Below, one piece after another: positions 9,651 through 22,858 of a stretch of DNA of 22,858 bases. A program made the translations under genes and the position numbers. Origin of the DNA: Bugula neritina (taxonomy: Eukaryota; Animalia; Bryozoa); NCBI GenBank assembly GCA_964035545.1, contig CAXIUT010000057.1, forward strand, positions 152,838 to 175,695, given 5' to 3'. The notes below the pieces were generated by a model. The model ran no database searches. It had not been told where the DNA came from and was given only the letters and a program-made list of their open reading frames with translations. Positions within the stretch are counted from its first letter, which is position 1; each line of letters starts with the position of its first letter.

Positions 9651-12123
9651 ATGAGCAGTCGATTACAACATCTACATAAAAAGAAACAAGAATATCATGA
9701 ACACCATCAAATCCCACAAGAAGGACCCACTGTCATTAATAAATAACACAACAGTAGAAATCAACCAGTTAAACATCAAGTTGTCGCCAGACCATATTTC
9801 GCATCCACAAATATCGTTAAACCCTTCGACAGAAATTCATATAAAAAAGGATAGCCATCATACCCTCCACCCTAAAGTCTATACATCTCCAGAGATACAT
9901 AACTCGACCCGAAGATCATAAGAACATCTTGTACAGCTCTACCAGTACAGCCATCAAAGACATCATTTCCAATTTCACTATGGATAACTCCCTTTGCTAC
10001 CTAACAAGTATGCACAGTAGAACTAACTGCACCTCTAAGATGCAACAGATGCAAAGCCTATGTCAACCCTTACTTCCAATACGATGGAACAAGAAAATCA
10101 GCCACCTGCAACCTCTGTGGCGTCCGATTTACTATAGACTAAGCTGTCAATAAGTTAAATATGACTAGCACTGAAGTAAGCACCTAAAGTATATTGGATT
10201 TCAGAGTATCTGATAAATTCTATATGAAAAAAAGAACAGATATTATCAAAATAATGGTACTCGTATAATTAACTATGCCAATGATATAACAAGGCATCTT
10301 CGCTACAGTTATCGATAGTCTAAGAAGCGTATTCTAAAGCCACTAATTCTAAAACAAAATTAGAATCGGTATTTGCTTCTATAGCGATCAAGGAGTAGGT
10401 TTCATCAAAGTCAACTAATAATAAAAACAGCCAAGCGTATTCATAGTTCCACAAGGAAAAGGCGCTTCCGGTTGCTGCCCTCTCAGTGAATAGTAACTAC
10501 TACTCGATCCCAATACCCAAAGAGATCAAATGATAAAAGTACTTGATTTCTTGCAACAGTATTCATAATTTATATGGAAACAGGGTCGCTTCTCACACAC
10601 AGCTAATTATGTATATGCACTTCGATGTCTCAAAGATTGCTATGATCAGTAAACCGGTAGAATCGTACTCTTTTCTCTGCTTGATCCGAGATCACCTCCT
10701 TGCGCCATTCGCATCAGAAATTAGGAATAAAATAAAAATCCTTTAAGACCTCTGCACTTGGAAGGACACTAATATGCCAGAGAACTGCTTAAAGCTAGAA
10801 TAGGTGTATAGCATTTTATCTTCTCGAAAGATGCCTTAGTATCTCATTAACTCTCTACTGTCCATTATCTATCATCAACGACAGGTGGCAAACTGCATCC
10901 CTACTTCTTCTTCAATTCATAAACGTACTCTAAATTTAATACAGTCATGGCCAACATCTATACTACTCGATTTTCCACTCCCTAACCAAACCATGTTTCT
11001 ACGACGTCGATTTCACTTGCAGAGCATCAAATGGATTATCAGTCAGTCGATATGGTCCACCTGATGGATTGAGATAGTGTCGAGATATCGGGTTGAGTAT
11101 AGTTGATAGCACCAGTTCTTTTTCTATTGAATTATAGCAAGAATAAAAGTATATTTATTGTGATTTAGATTGGAATAAAACCTTGGAGCTTTTATTCAAT
11201 TTGCAGCCATGTATACCACTGGTTCAGGCTAGCGTAAAATCAGAGTGATAAGCTATAAATTCGAAGTAACCAATCGACCAGGAGCACTATACTAATCAAT
11301 CGACTACCTAACCCTCTCAAACATCTTATTAAGAAACTACAGTTCAAAAATAATCAAAGGAAGCGATCCCAACAAAACCAGAATAGACGCCATCACACAT
11401 CTAGGCGCAATAATCGGATAAGCCCGCAATCGATGTCAATCAACTGTTTCAGTTGGCCAGGTATCAATTGCCCCGAGTATGGCCTGGAGTCTATCCTACT
11501 TCAATTCGATACTCAATTCTAGATTATTCCTCAATTGGATGAAATTGTCACCAGATCCGAGAATGTACATCTACCTGCAAATACAATCTCTAAATCCATA
11601 CTTTTTTGCATCAAAATTCTATCCAAGATTATACTCTCTTACCCTCGATATCTATGATGTCGAAGAAGGATAACCTATGCCTGGTGATTTTATTGATTAA
11701 GAAGGAGAAGAAGATAAAATTGCCATCTTGCCACCCAGTTTAGCATTGACCAAGCAATCATTGACTGATGATGGAGTCTTTCTTGCTGACTGCGGTGAAG
11801 AACTGACTATCTATGTTCAACCCAACGCTGATCAAGAACTACTTGAAGATCTTTTCGGAACAACCGATCTCAATGAAATCGAAAATGGAGAACTACCTTA
11901 ATTATAATCATCTCACAGCATTCGAGTAGCAAATATAATTGGTTAACTTAGACGCAGAAGCGCTCTAAATGGAGGAATGTATCAGCCAATAATTATCAAA
12001 ACAGGATTGAAGAAAGGTCCATACAGTGAATCGATTGGTCAACTCCTTCGTTAGGATCACTACTAATGCCCATTTTCTAAATTTTTGTAAGAATTGCAAC
12101 GTTTAGTAGTGGTTCCTAAATGA
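9651..12123 (+). CDS. SEC24: COPII coat subunit Sec24, about 810 aa; introns 10925-10944 and 11149-11168
   Basis: Zn finger PLRCNRCKAYVNPYF...CNLCG, SSTTGGKLH, CRASNGL, IQFAAMYTTGSGERKIRVI, FYPRLYSL, and gelsolin-like LTDDGVFLADCG. Spliced length is divisible by 3. Confidence 0.92.
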
Positions 12124-12175
12124 TTAGCCTTATATCTCATATAGTTTGTCATAATAGTTAGCTTATAATATAAAT

Positions 12176-13063
12176 ATGTAGAACTTAAGGGTAAGAAATA
12201 ATAGTCGAAAGAGGTTAACTATCGAATCGATTCAATTATAGATCAGTCAAGAGAGTTAGCTACGACAGAGGAAGAGATTGAGGATGATTCATGTGAAAAA
12301 TAATAATTAAATATTTTAAGGAAAGGCTAAAAAATATTATATATCGCCTATGATATTGACAAGATCGAAGACAGAGTTAGATGGATCTACTGTCAATTTA
12401 TTGAAGGTTAATAAATTTAAAACAGAATAGATGAAATCAAAAAGTTTGATTAAAAGATAATAATTGAAGAAAATGAAGTAAAAGAATAGAAAATATCATC
12501 CTGCTAGTAAATAAAAACTAAATAAAGTTGAAATATAATCATAGATATCAACTTTCAGACCAATTGGTTAGATCAATAATGACAAAAATTTAACAGAATA
12601 GAAGAGATCTGCAATACTAGTGAGAGATTTCTTTCAGGAAAGTATGATTCATCGATAAAAGATAAAAAAAAACTAATAAAAAGAGATAAAAAATTAATAT
12701 TATTGGAAATAGCCATCATATAAAAAAATAATCTCATAAAAAATAAAATCAAATATGACATCAAATCTCAAATCTAAAAAAAGATTAAAAACATAATAAT
12801 AAAATAAAAAATTTAGTTAAAACAAGAAGTTTTCTATAAATTTGCCTTCTCTTAAAAAAAGATAAATATATAAATATTCTAATTAGATCAGACCTCGATC
12901 GCTTCTCTTGGATATCTAGAAATCACTAGTTTTAATGGAAAGATATAAATCATAAAAGAAATAAAAGAAATAAAATAAAAAGAAATAAAAAGGTGCCTTT
13001 ACTTAACCACTATCTCCATGGGTTTCTATCGGATAAAATACTATGTAAAATTTTTATAAATGA
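12176..13063 (+). CDS. Hypothetical Lys/Glu-rich protein, 295 aa
   Basis: Uninterrupted ATG to TGA frame in table 30 that fills the interval between Sec24 and the next gene (MENLRVRNNSRKRL...EPLSPWVSIGENTMENFYK). Very A-rich, no recognisable domain. Confidence 0.65.
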
Positions 13064-13200
13064 AAAAATATGGTAAAAAAGATAGAGCAATTGATATTTA
13101 TTTATATTCAAACTTAATACTCATAGTAAGATGATTGATTTATTTATATTTATAACTATGAAAAATGTAACATATACTAAATAGTCTTATAATAATAAAA

Positions 13201-13723
13201 ATGTGGAATATAATATCAGCTAACCGTTTTATCTAAAAACGCAAACACAAAAAACACTACAACCAACACCGCAACACCCTCTCGAACATCAAATCACAAA
13301 TCGACAACCTCCCTCCCCCTCAATTCGATTTCCTATAAACCAGACCAAAAGCAAAACAACTCGCACTATGTTATCCTCCCCTCATCTTAGAAAAACAACA
13401 AGAAATGCAAATGAATAACTAAGGCCTGATCAGAAGAATGGTCCAACCTAAAAACAGCAGAAGAAGAAAATCAAGTGTAAGTTCTAAATTTAGCTTACAT
13501 TCAACTTACTACAAAACCATGGCTTAAAAAATATAACATGATAACAAAGTACCACTCACATATATCATAGAAACTTATCTAACGACTACAAGGAACCTCC
13601 CCTTGCGTCAACTTCGATCAATACTAGCAACAACACCAAAGACACCTCAAGTGGAAAGCAGCACATCACAAAGGATCAGATCTGATTCGACCAATAAGCG
13701 CCAGACCAATGAGCGCACGTTGA
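13201..13723 (+). CDS. CFAP97/Hemingway (KIAA1430)-domain-like protein, 159 aa; introns 13370-13390 and 13549-13570
   Basis: HRNTLSNIKSQIDNLPP, KAKQLALEKQQEMQMNNEGLIRRM, FSLH...AEKIEHDNKKLIERLQ show the repeated 'IxxxNxxLxxRL' pattern of this ciliary family. Confidence 0.75.
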
Positions 13724-13749
13724 TAGTCAAATAATAATAGTATTTAAGA

Positions 13750-14626
13750 TCAAACTGAATTTTTCATCATGTTTATCAAGACTCCAACCAGAGCTAGCAA
13801 CAACAGGAAGAGAGTAATATCCATGCAGAGTTTATTCGGACGACGATACTAGATAGTAAAATAAAATACATGGGTTAGAACCTATGCTAGATCAGTCCTC
13901 GCTTTACTAACTTTTTTATCAACTTTTTATACTTTTAAAAGATTATCCTGTATACGTCCGCCAGTCTAATCTATAGTATTATTGGCCATTTTCATCTGAT
14001 CTTTGATCTAACGATTCAAATTGATAACTTCTTCCAATCCCACCTCATCCAATTCTCTATCTCTCCGACCGATTCGTTAGAAATTCTATTCATCTGATAG
14101 ATCTACTCGATCAGAATCGTCTTAGTTCTTGACTAATTCTATATTTGAGTTAGATTTTACTTTTTTTCATTTACTGGAGGGTTTGCTTTTGCTGGGGCGG
14201 CTGATATCCTCCATCTTAAGAACTCTTTACATCATTTAGTAGTTATAAACAATTCTATAATGTTTTTTATCTATTTTCTAGGATCTTTTTATGAGCCTCA
14301 GGATTTTTACCTTTAAGATCATTCTTTTTTCTTTTAGCAGCTTCTTTCAAGATATTTTCACATCTCTTGATATCTTCTCTAACTTCTTGATTTGTTTTGA
14401 TATCATTGGCACTAGGTTTAAATCCTTTTTTCGATTATTTTTTTTATCTTATTTGCTGACACTATCTAATAGTAAATATTCTCTCCCTAAAAGTCTAAAT
14501 AATCGAGTTAAATTATGATTTATCAGTAGCTTGCAACCCAGGTATATACTTAACCCCAACCCAACCCCAACCCCAACCCCAACCCCAACCCCAACCCCAA
14601 CCCCAACCCCAACCCCAACCCCTCAT
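13750..14626 (-). CDS. SYP7-like Qc-SNARE, tail-anchored; introns 14139-14160 and 13849-13869; 5' end uncertain because it runs through the internal telomeric tract
   Basis: Helical N-domain (DKSEFNSIIETFRERI...IKTNQEVRE), SNARE coil (RDRELDEVGLEEVINLNREIKDQMKMANNTIDET...KVEKVDKKV) and C-terminal YRRPNKLCMDITLFLLLLALVGVLINMM, resembling the SYP7 'RxxxNFCID+TM' end. There is no ATG in exon 1 upstream of the N-domain except 14626, on the far side of the repeat tract. Confidence 0.78.
14552..14622 (+). repeat. Internal telomeric tract, (CCCCAA)n, about 12 units with one 5-nt CCCAA variant
   Basis: AACCCCAACCCAACCCCAA...CCCC, in the same orientation as the left telomere. Confidence 0.97.
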
Positions 14627-14744
14627 ATTTGATAGCTAATATGATAACTATAATAAATCATAATAAAAGAAGAGTATTAACTAAAAATTAATTTTTGTTG
14701 AAGGGTAGTCTATACTAAGATTAAAACAATAATTAATAAAATCT

Positions 14745-15565
14745 ATGGGCAATTAGATTGAATGTCAAGTTGATATTTGTCAAAATAATCAAACATTTTC
14801 TTTCAAATAAGATCTCACACCCATCATGCACTCATTTTCACCTCTAAGTTAACCTCCAGACATACACCCGCTACTTCAACTTCTACTCATGCGGATAAGT
14901 AGTTAAACTCTTACTAAGAATAGCAACTACCAATAATAGACCCCCGCAACAACTACAACCTTCAATGGTACTAATCACTAAAATACAACTACTACATTCT
15001 GGCTAAATTGACGAATGATCGACCGATTGGACCTTGTCTTTTTTACACAAAAGATGCTAAAGATAAATAAAAACCACTTATTATTACGACTAATATCAAC
15101 CAAAATCTATCTTTTTCACAAAATACACTTGTTATCTACAGTAATCATAATATCTACTTCGGAGGGGTTAGAAATTTGATAACCAGTATTCCCAAAGCAT
15201 AGGGAAAAGGAATCTTGTTCAATAAATAGTTTATCTATTAAGGATAGTTCAAAGAAGGAATACCACATGGTTTTGGAAAATATCGTTCAAAAACACTGTA
15301 GTATGTAGGATAGTTCAAGAAAGGACAAGTTTGTGGAGAAGGCATTTAAAAAACATCAAAAGAGCTATTTATCGGCCACTTCTATTCTCCAACCCAACGC
15401 TAAGGCCATAAAATAACAACCAAAAACATAAAAACATAAATATCTGTTTCAAAAGCATAACCATAAAAACCATAAAAGCCATAATTAAACCAAACAATCA
15501 AAACCGATGAGACCAAATAGCAACTATTTAAAAATTCTAAAGTTCCAACTCAATCAACCCAGTGA
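14745..15565 (+). CDS. MORN-repeat protein, 266 aa, possibly N-myristoylated; intron 14899-14918
   Basis: Starts MGNEIEC. Repeats YFGGV...AEGKGIL, YEGEFKEGIPHGFGKY and YVGEFKKGQVCGEGI. The 20-nt intron restores frame. Confidence 0.85.
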
Positions 15566-15621
15566 TAATAATATTAATTAAGTTGATATTTTATGATATA
15601 TTAATATAACACGTTGATTTG

Positions 15622-16101
15622 ATGAGTATTACAGCTTTTGTCGGAAAAACCCTTATCATTGCAGCCATCACCTTCCAAGCCTTCCTCCTCTACCAAGATA
15701 AAAAAGAAGGAGACCAATTCAATCGAAACCTCAATGACGCAGTCGCAGGATGCGCACATCTACAACCTCTACTACCACTCCTTCAACAGTACCTTCGATT
15801 GGTTGTCGCAGGCCTCCTCGCCTCATCAGTCCTACTCATCATCTCAAGATGCTGGCTCGTCAAATTGCTACCTCTACTCGGACTGTCTCTTTTGCTCTGG
15901 GTTGAACATCACAATGTGTTCAGAAAGGTGCCTTCACTCAGTCTACTCGACAACGCTACTTTCTGGCATTCAATGGGAGTGATCGGTGCTATGATATATC
16001 TGATGGGCGCTGAATGCGACGGATGTGGAAAGAAGGAGTAGAAAGCAGCAAAAGTAGAAGAGAAAAGTAAGCCAGCAGCAGCTAAAACTAAAAAGAACTG
16101 A
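15622..16101 (+). CDS. Small polytopic ER membrane protein of HR-lesion/DoxX/SURF4-like type, 159 aa
   Basis: MSITAFVGKTLIIAAITFQAF, four hydrophobic segments, FWHSMGVIGAMIYLMG and a dilysine-type tail AAAKTKKN. Extends ORF-track entry 15619-16041 through TAG=Glu. Family assignment is by resemblance only. Confidence 0.72.
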
Positions 16102-16150
16102 TTGCATTCTCGATTATCATTTAATAACTCATCAAATACAATATTTATTA

Positions 16151-17366
16151 TCATATTTTTTGTTGATTTTATGTTTTATTATTATTTTGTATTTTCTATA
16201 TTTTTTTATCGACTACTATCTTCAAAAAAGTTCTAATCGGACTCTAAAACCACTACATTATCGATATCATACCCGATCCATCCATAAATTTTAAAACCAC
16301 TAGTTATGTCCCCCCCTCTGCGTCGTCACAAACAAACACCTCTCATTCTCAAACCTCTCATCCCCCTCCACTCCTCTACCTCATCACATAAATACATAGT
16401 AAATGGGTCTTCTTTCGATTGGAGTAACAGTGTTGGCACTTTGATGTTCTTTATTGAATTTATACTAGAATTGTTTTATTTCCATTTGAGATATTATTCA
16501 TCAGGGATGTTGTAGATATGTTTGTCTAGCTAGAATAGAGAATGCGATTAGAGTTATTTCTTTTTTGTGTGTTTTAGCTTTCCTTTGATAATGCTGGTGT
16601 ATAGCTAGCGCCATAGCCATGAATTTTGGAGGTTTATTTCGCTTGATACGAGATCATAAGGGTTGCCTAGTGATACCAGACCTACCAGTTGGTTATCATA
16701 CTTAGCTGCATAGTTTATCAATAAATTGGCTCCATATTACACTCCTATTCCCAACATCTATGCACCTTTAAACTGATCCTTGATTTTCTTAACAGCTGTG
16801 TTAAGTTCTTCAATATCATAATGATTTTTAGGCTAAAAAGCTATAATTCTGTAGCCTAGACTGTAAGTTGATAGCAACAGATGTCTGATAGTATTATCAA
16901 TACCCTCACTACCTGGAATAACCAAAATTATTGGCAATTTTTGTTGTTTATTTTTCGAAAAAGATGAAGTTTTGTCATGCAGGTGTATATTATAAAGGGT
17001 GTGTCCTTCATATTATTCCTCTTTAATAGGTAAATATGGTTATTATTACCGATATTTCGCATACCATCTCTGAAAGATTCCAAAAAACATCAACACGTTC
17101 GGTTGGTATACTCCCTAAATAAGATAAAATAATACCCTTTAGAATGCTGGATTGAGTTTGATCAATAACTTATTTTCATCATTAGGCGCAAATGAAAAGT
17201 TGAGATCAGATAGTAAAAATTTCGATAGCGAAAGAGATAGCACGAATCCAAAAGACCCATAGAACATAATTTTTTTAATTTGTGTTAGACTTTGATACTA
17301 CGCTGTGAATCTTTGCTTCCGATGAAAAAGATTCAAAAAAGAACTAATTATCTTCATTATCTTCAT
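16151..17366 (-). CDS. ABHD1/2/3-like alpha/beta hydrolase-fold protein; introns 17115-17135, 16376-16395 and 16253-16272; start could be 17366, 17357 or 17267
   Basis: YQPNVLMFFGIFQ, PIILVIPG, LGYRIIAF, GIGVEYGANLLINY, VSLGNPYDL, IKNIKVPTLLLQSKEDPF and VTTQRGGHNEWF occur in the order of the ABHD1-3/YheT family. Confidence 0.85.
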
Positions 17367-17394
17367 TATCTTAATTATCTTAATTATATATATA

Positions 17395-18228
17395 TCATTT
17401 CTTTTTTGTTGGATTATCAGTCAATGCTGAATATGTTTTTGTGTTAGGCGCACAACATCCAAAACAACCAATAAAATCGTCTTCTTTCTTATCAGGTATA
17501 CCACTATATAAATATTTCTATGCCTTCTACGCCCTTTTATACTACTTTTTTAGAACTCCTGTTCCGTCCTACTCCTGAGGAGTAAATTTAAAACTTGGAG
17601 CTTTCTACAATTAATACAGATAATACTAATACTAGCTGTCCAGAATCTTAGTTGTTTTTGTATTATGGACGAGGAGCTAACCTCTTAGCTGACATCTTCT
17701 TGAAATCTGCCTCTCGAATCTACTACATCTAGATAGCAGGTTTTACGCTTTATGTTTTACGCATATTTTGACCGCTCTATCGACTTGATGTCTTCTTTAT
17801 CATAAGTTATTCTCGTTCTGGCTGTCTAGAATCTTTTGATGATCGGAATTGACTCTAATATCTAGGCGATTGAGGTTTTTCATTTTCTATTCTAGGAGAA
17901 AATGGCTTCTAGCTTTCCATTCTTGGAGAATATGGTTTAGAACTTTCAATACGCTGTGACTATGGTTTAGAAAAAATGTCCATTGACGGAAGAGAAGCTA
18001 CTTATCTTTTCTATTCTCTTGAATTTTAAGGGTTCCTCTAAGGTTCATTACTTTATCTATCTATTCTTTAATAGGTAGGATTGGTAAGAGTATCATAGAG
18101 GTTACTGAGGTTGATAGGTCCCTTATGAGTTGATTGCACTGATCTGAACTAAATGAGTTGAATAGTACTTATTATTAGTCTCCATAGGTGAAACGTACTT
18201 TCATCTTTTTGTTTGTCATATCACGCAT
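17395..18228 (-). CDS. Hypothetical protein, about 263 aa, with KPxSPR repeats and C-terminal Cys cluster; introns 18149-18168 and 17605-17626
   Basis: Spliced frame gives SKPESQRIES-SKPYSPRMES-EKPFSPRIEN-EKPQSPRYES and ends ...FIGCFGCCAPNTKTYSALTDNPTKKK-TGA. Confidence 0.75.
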
Positions 18229-18377
18229 TAATTTTATAATTTATCAGCCTATTAACATAACAAAACTATTCCTTTAAAACATATTGTACTATATTTTAAT
18301 CATTACCATGAACTTTACCTAATTTATTTTTATTTTCCAATCTCAAAAAAATCAAAATTATTGTAATAAATAAAAAG

Positions 18378-19094
18378 ATGCCTAAAAACAAAGCATAAGG
18401 AGACCCCATGTCTCCATATAAAGGAATGACACTAGAATAATACATGAATAGCAACAACTTCCCTATCAAATAATAACTCGATAACCAAGAAGACTAAAAT
18501 CTAATTGAAGATTCTTACTACAATTATAAATAAGTCGGCAAAAAACAATATAGAATCGATTAAATCGATTAATAGAGCATTTAGGATTCTAAATAGTATA
18601 TCAAGGGGGTAGAACAATCAGTTAACTAATGTCAACTTTTGGGAATGAGCAATGAATAATACGAGTAGAGGTCATCTCATTTAAACAAAAGGACTAATAG
18701 CATATCATTGAGTACAGCAATTACAGTAAAGAATCAATAACCTGCAAGTTTTAGAATAAAAAGAGTGTCAATTAGTCCAACTAAAAAGAAAACATAACTA
18801 CCATCTTTCAATTCAATTACACTCTATGGAACAAAATTCAATCATAACTCAAAACCATAAACTAAAAAAACATAACTATTGACCTTCTATGGTAAATTGC
18901 ATCATTAAAACAAATAAATGAGTCGCAAGAATAGTATACAATAAGGAATAAAACAAAAAGTGAATAAATATCAGTTGTAGGTAAGTGGTATGCCTTTTGA
19001 AAAGAAAAATAAGTAAGTTAGAGGTAAATAAGGCAAGAGTAAGGGATAGATGGGTTGGGGCAAAGGCTACGAGAGGAAGAATAAATTTATTTGA
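18378..19094 (+). CDS. Hypothetical protein, 238 aa, acidic N-half and basic C-half
   Basis: Intronless ATG to TGA frame (MPKNKAEGDPMSPYKGMTLEEYMN...MGWGKGYERKNKFI) between two AT-rich spacers. Confidence 0.75.
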
Positions 19095-19319
19095 TAAGTT
19101 TTTCCTTATTTTGTATCAATATAACTCGTTTACTTATCTTTAATATAAAAAAACTAAGTAAATTTAATAAATAAAACATTTTTGAATCAAATTGAATCAA
19201 ATGCTAAAATATTTTATTAAATTTCTATTTCAATATTAAATAATTAATAATTGATTATTTCATTATCCTAATTAAAATAACACTATTCTAAGATTCTATT
19301 GAATATTAATTATAGAAAG

Positions 19320-22675
<3,356 letters not shown>

Positions 22676-22756
22676 TCTATTTTCAAAGTAATATAAATTA
22701 TATCATCCATAAATTTTTATATATTTTTAATAAAATAGAATTAATATTGAAAGAGA

Positions 22757-22858
22757 TTGGGGTTGGGGTTGGGGTTGGGGTTGGGGTTGGGGTTGGGGTT
22801 GGGGTTGGGGTTGGGGTTGGGGTTGGGGTTGGGGTTGGGGTTGGGGTTGGGGTTGGGG
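22757..22858 (-). repeat. Right telomere, (TTGGGG)n on the + strand
   Basis: Perfect G4T2 hexamers to the end of the window, in inverted orientation relative to the left telomere. Confidence 0.98.

Noticed and set aside
13719-14010. Extension of the CFAP97-like gene through an intron-like GTTGATAG...TAG at 13719-13740
   Set aside because: It would overlap the convergent SNARE gene extensively; TGA at 13721 is the simpler stop.
19051-19060. Telomere-like TGGGTTGGGG
   Set aside because: Under two units, inside coding sequence (MGWG) in a G-rich patch.

Overview
This window is a eukaryotic contig capped by telomeres at both ends: (CCCCAA)n at 1-134 and (TTGGGG)n at 22757-22858. It reads as a gene-dense ciliate macronuclear chromosome. 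TAA and TAG both occupy invariant Glu positions (Rab WDTAGQ[E]RY; P-type ATPase P[E]GL, KGAS[E], ALAT[E]PP; kinase SP[E]), and TGA is the only stop. That is the peritrich nuclear code (NCBI table 30), so the supplied standard-code ORF track shows only fragments. Retranslating by hand gives 21 gene models with 21 GT-AG introns of only 20-22 nt. The genes are Rab11, a NEK kinase, a PDI-like protein, SPEF1, Sec24, a CFAP97-like protein, a SYP7-like SNARE, a MORN protein, an HR-lesion-type ER membrane protein, an ABHD-like hydrolase, PMCA, four orphans, and six co-oriented signal-peptide/single-TM/Cys small proteins (4308-8850), one carrying a RING-H2 finger. An internal telomeric tract (14552-14622) sits in frame at the 5' end of the SNARE gene. 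It is either a translated interstitial telomere, an alternative fragmentation site or a mis-join of two chromosomes. All product calls come from motifs recognised by eye; no searches were run.
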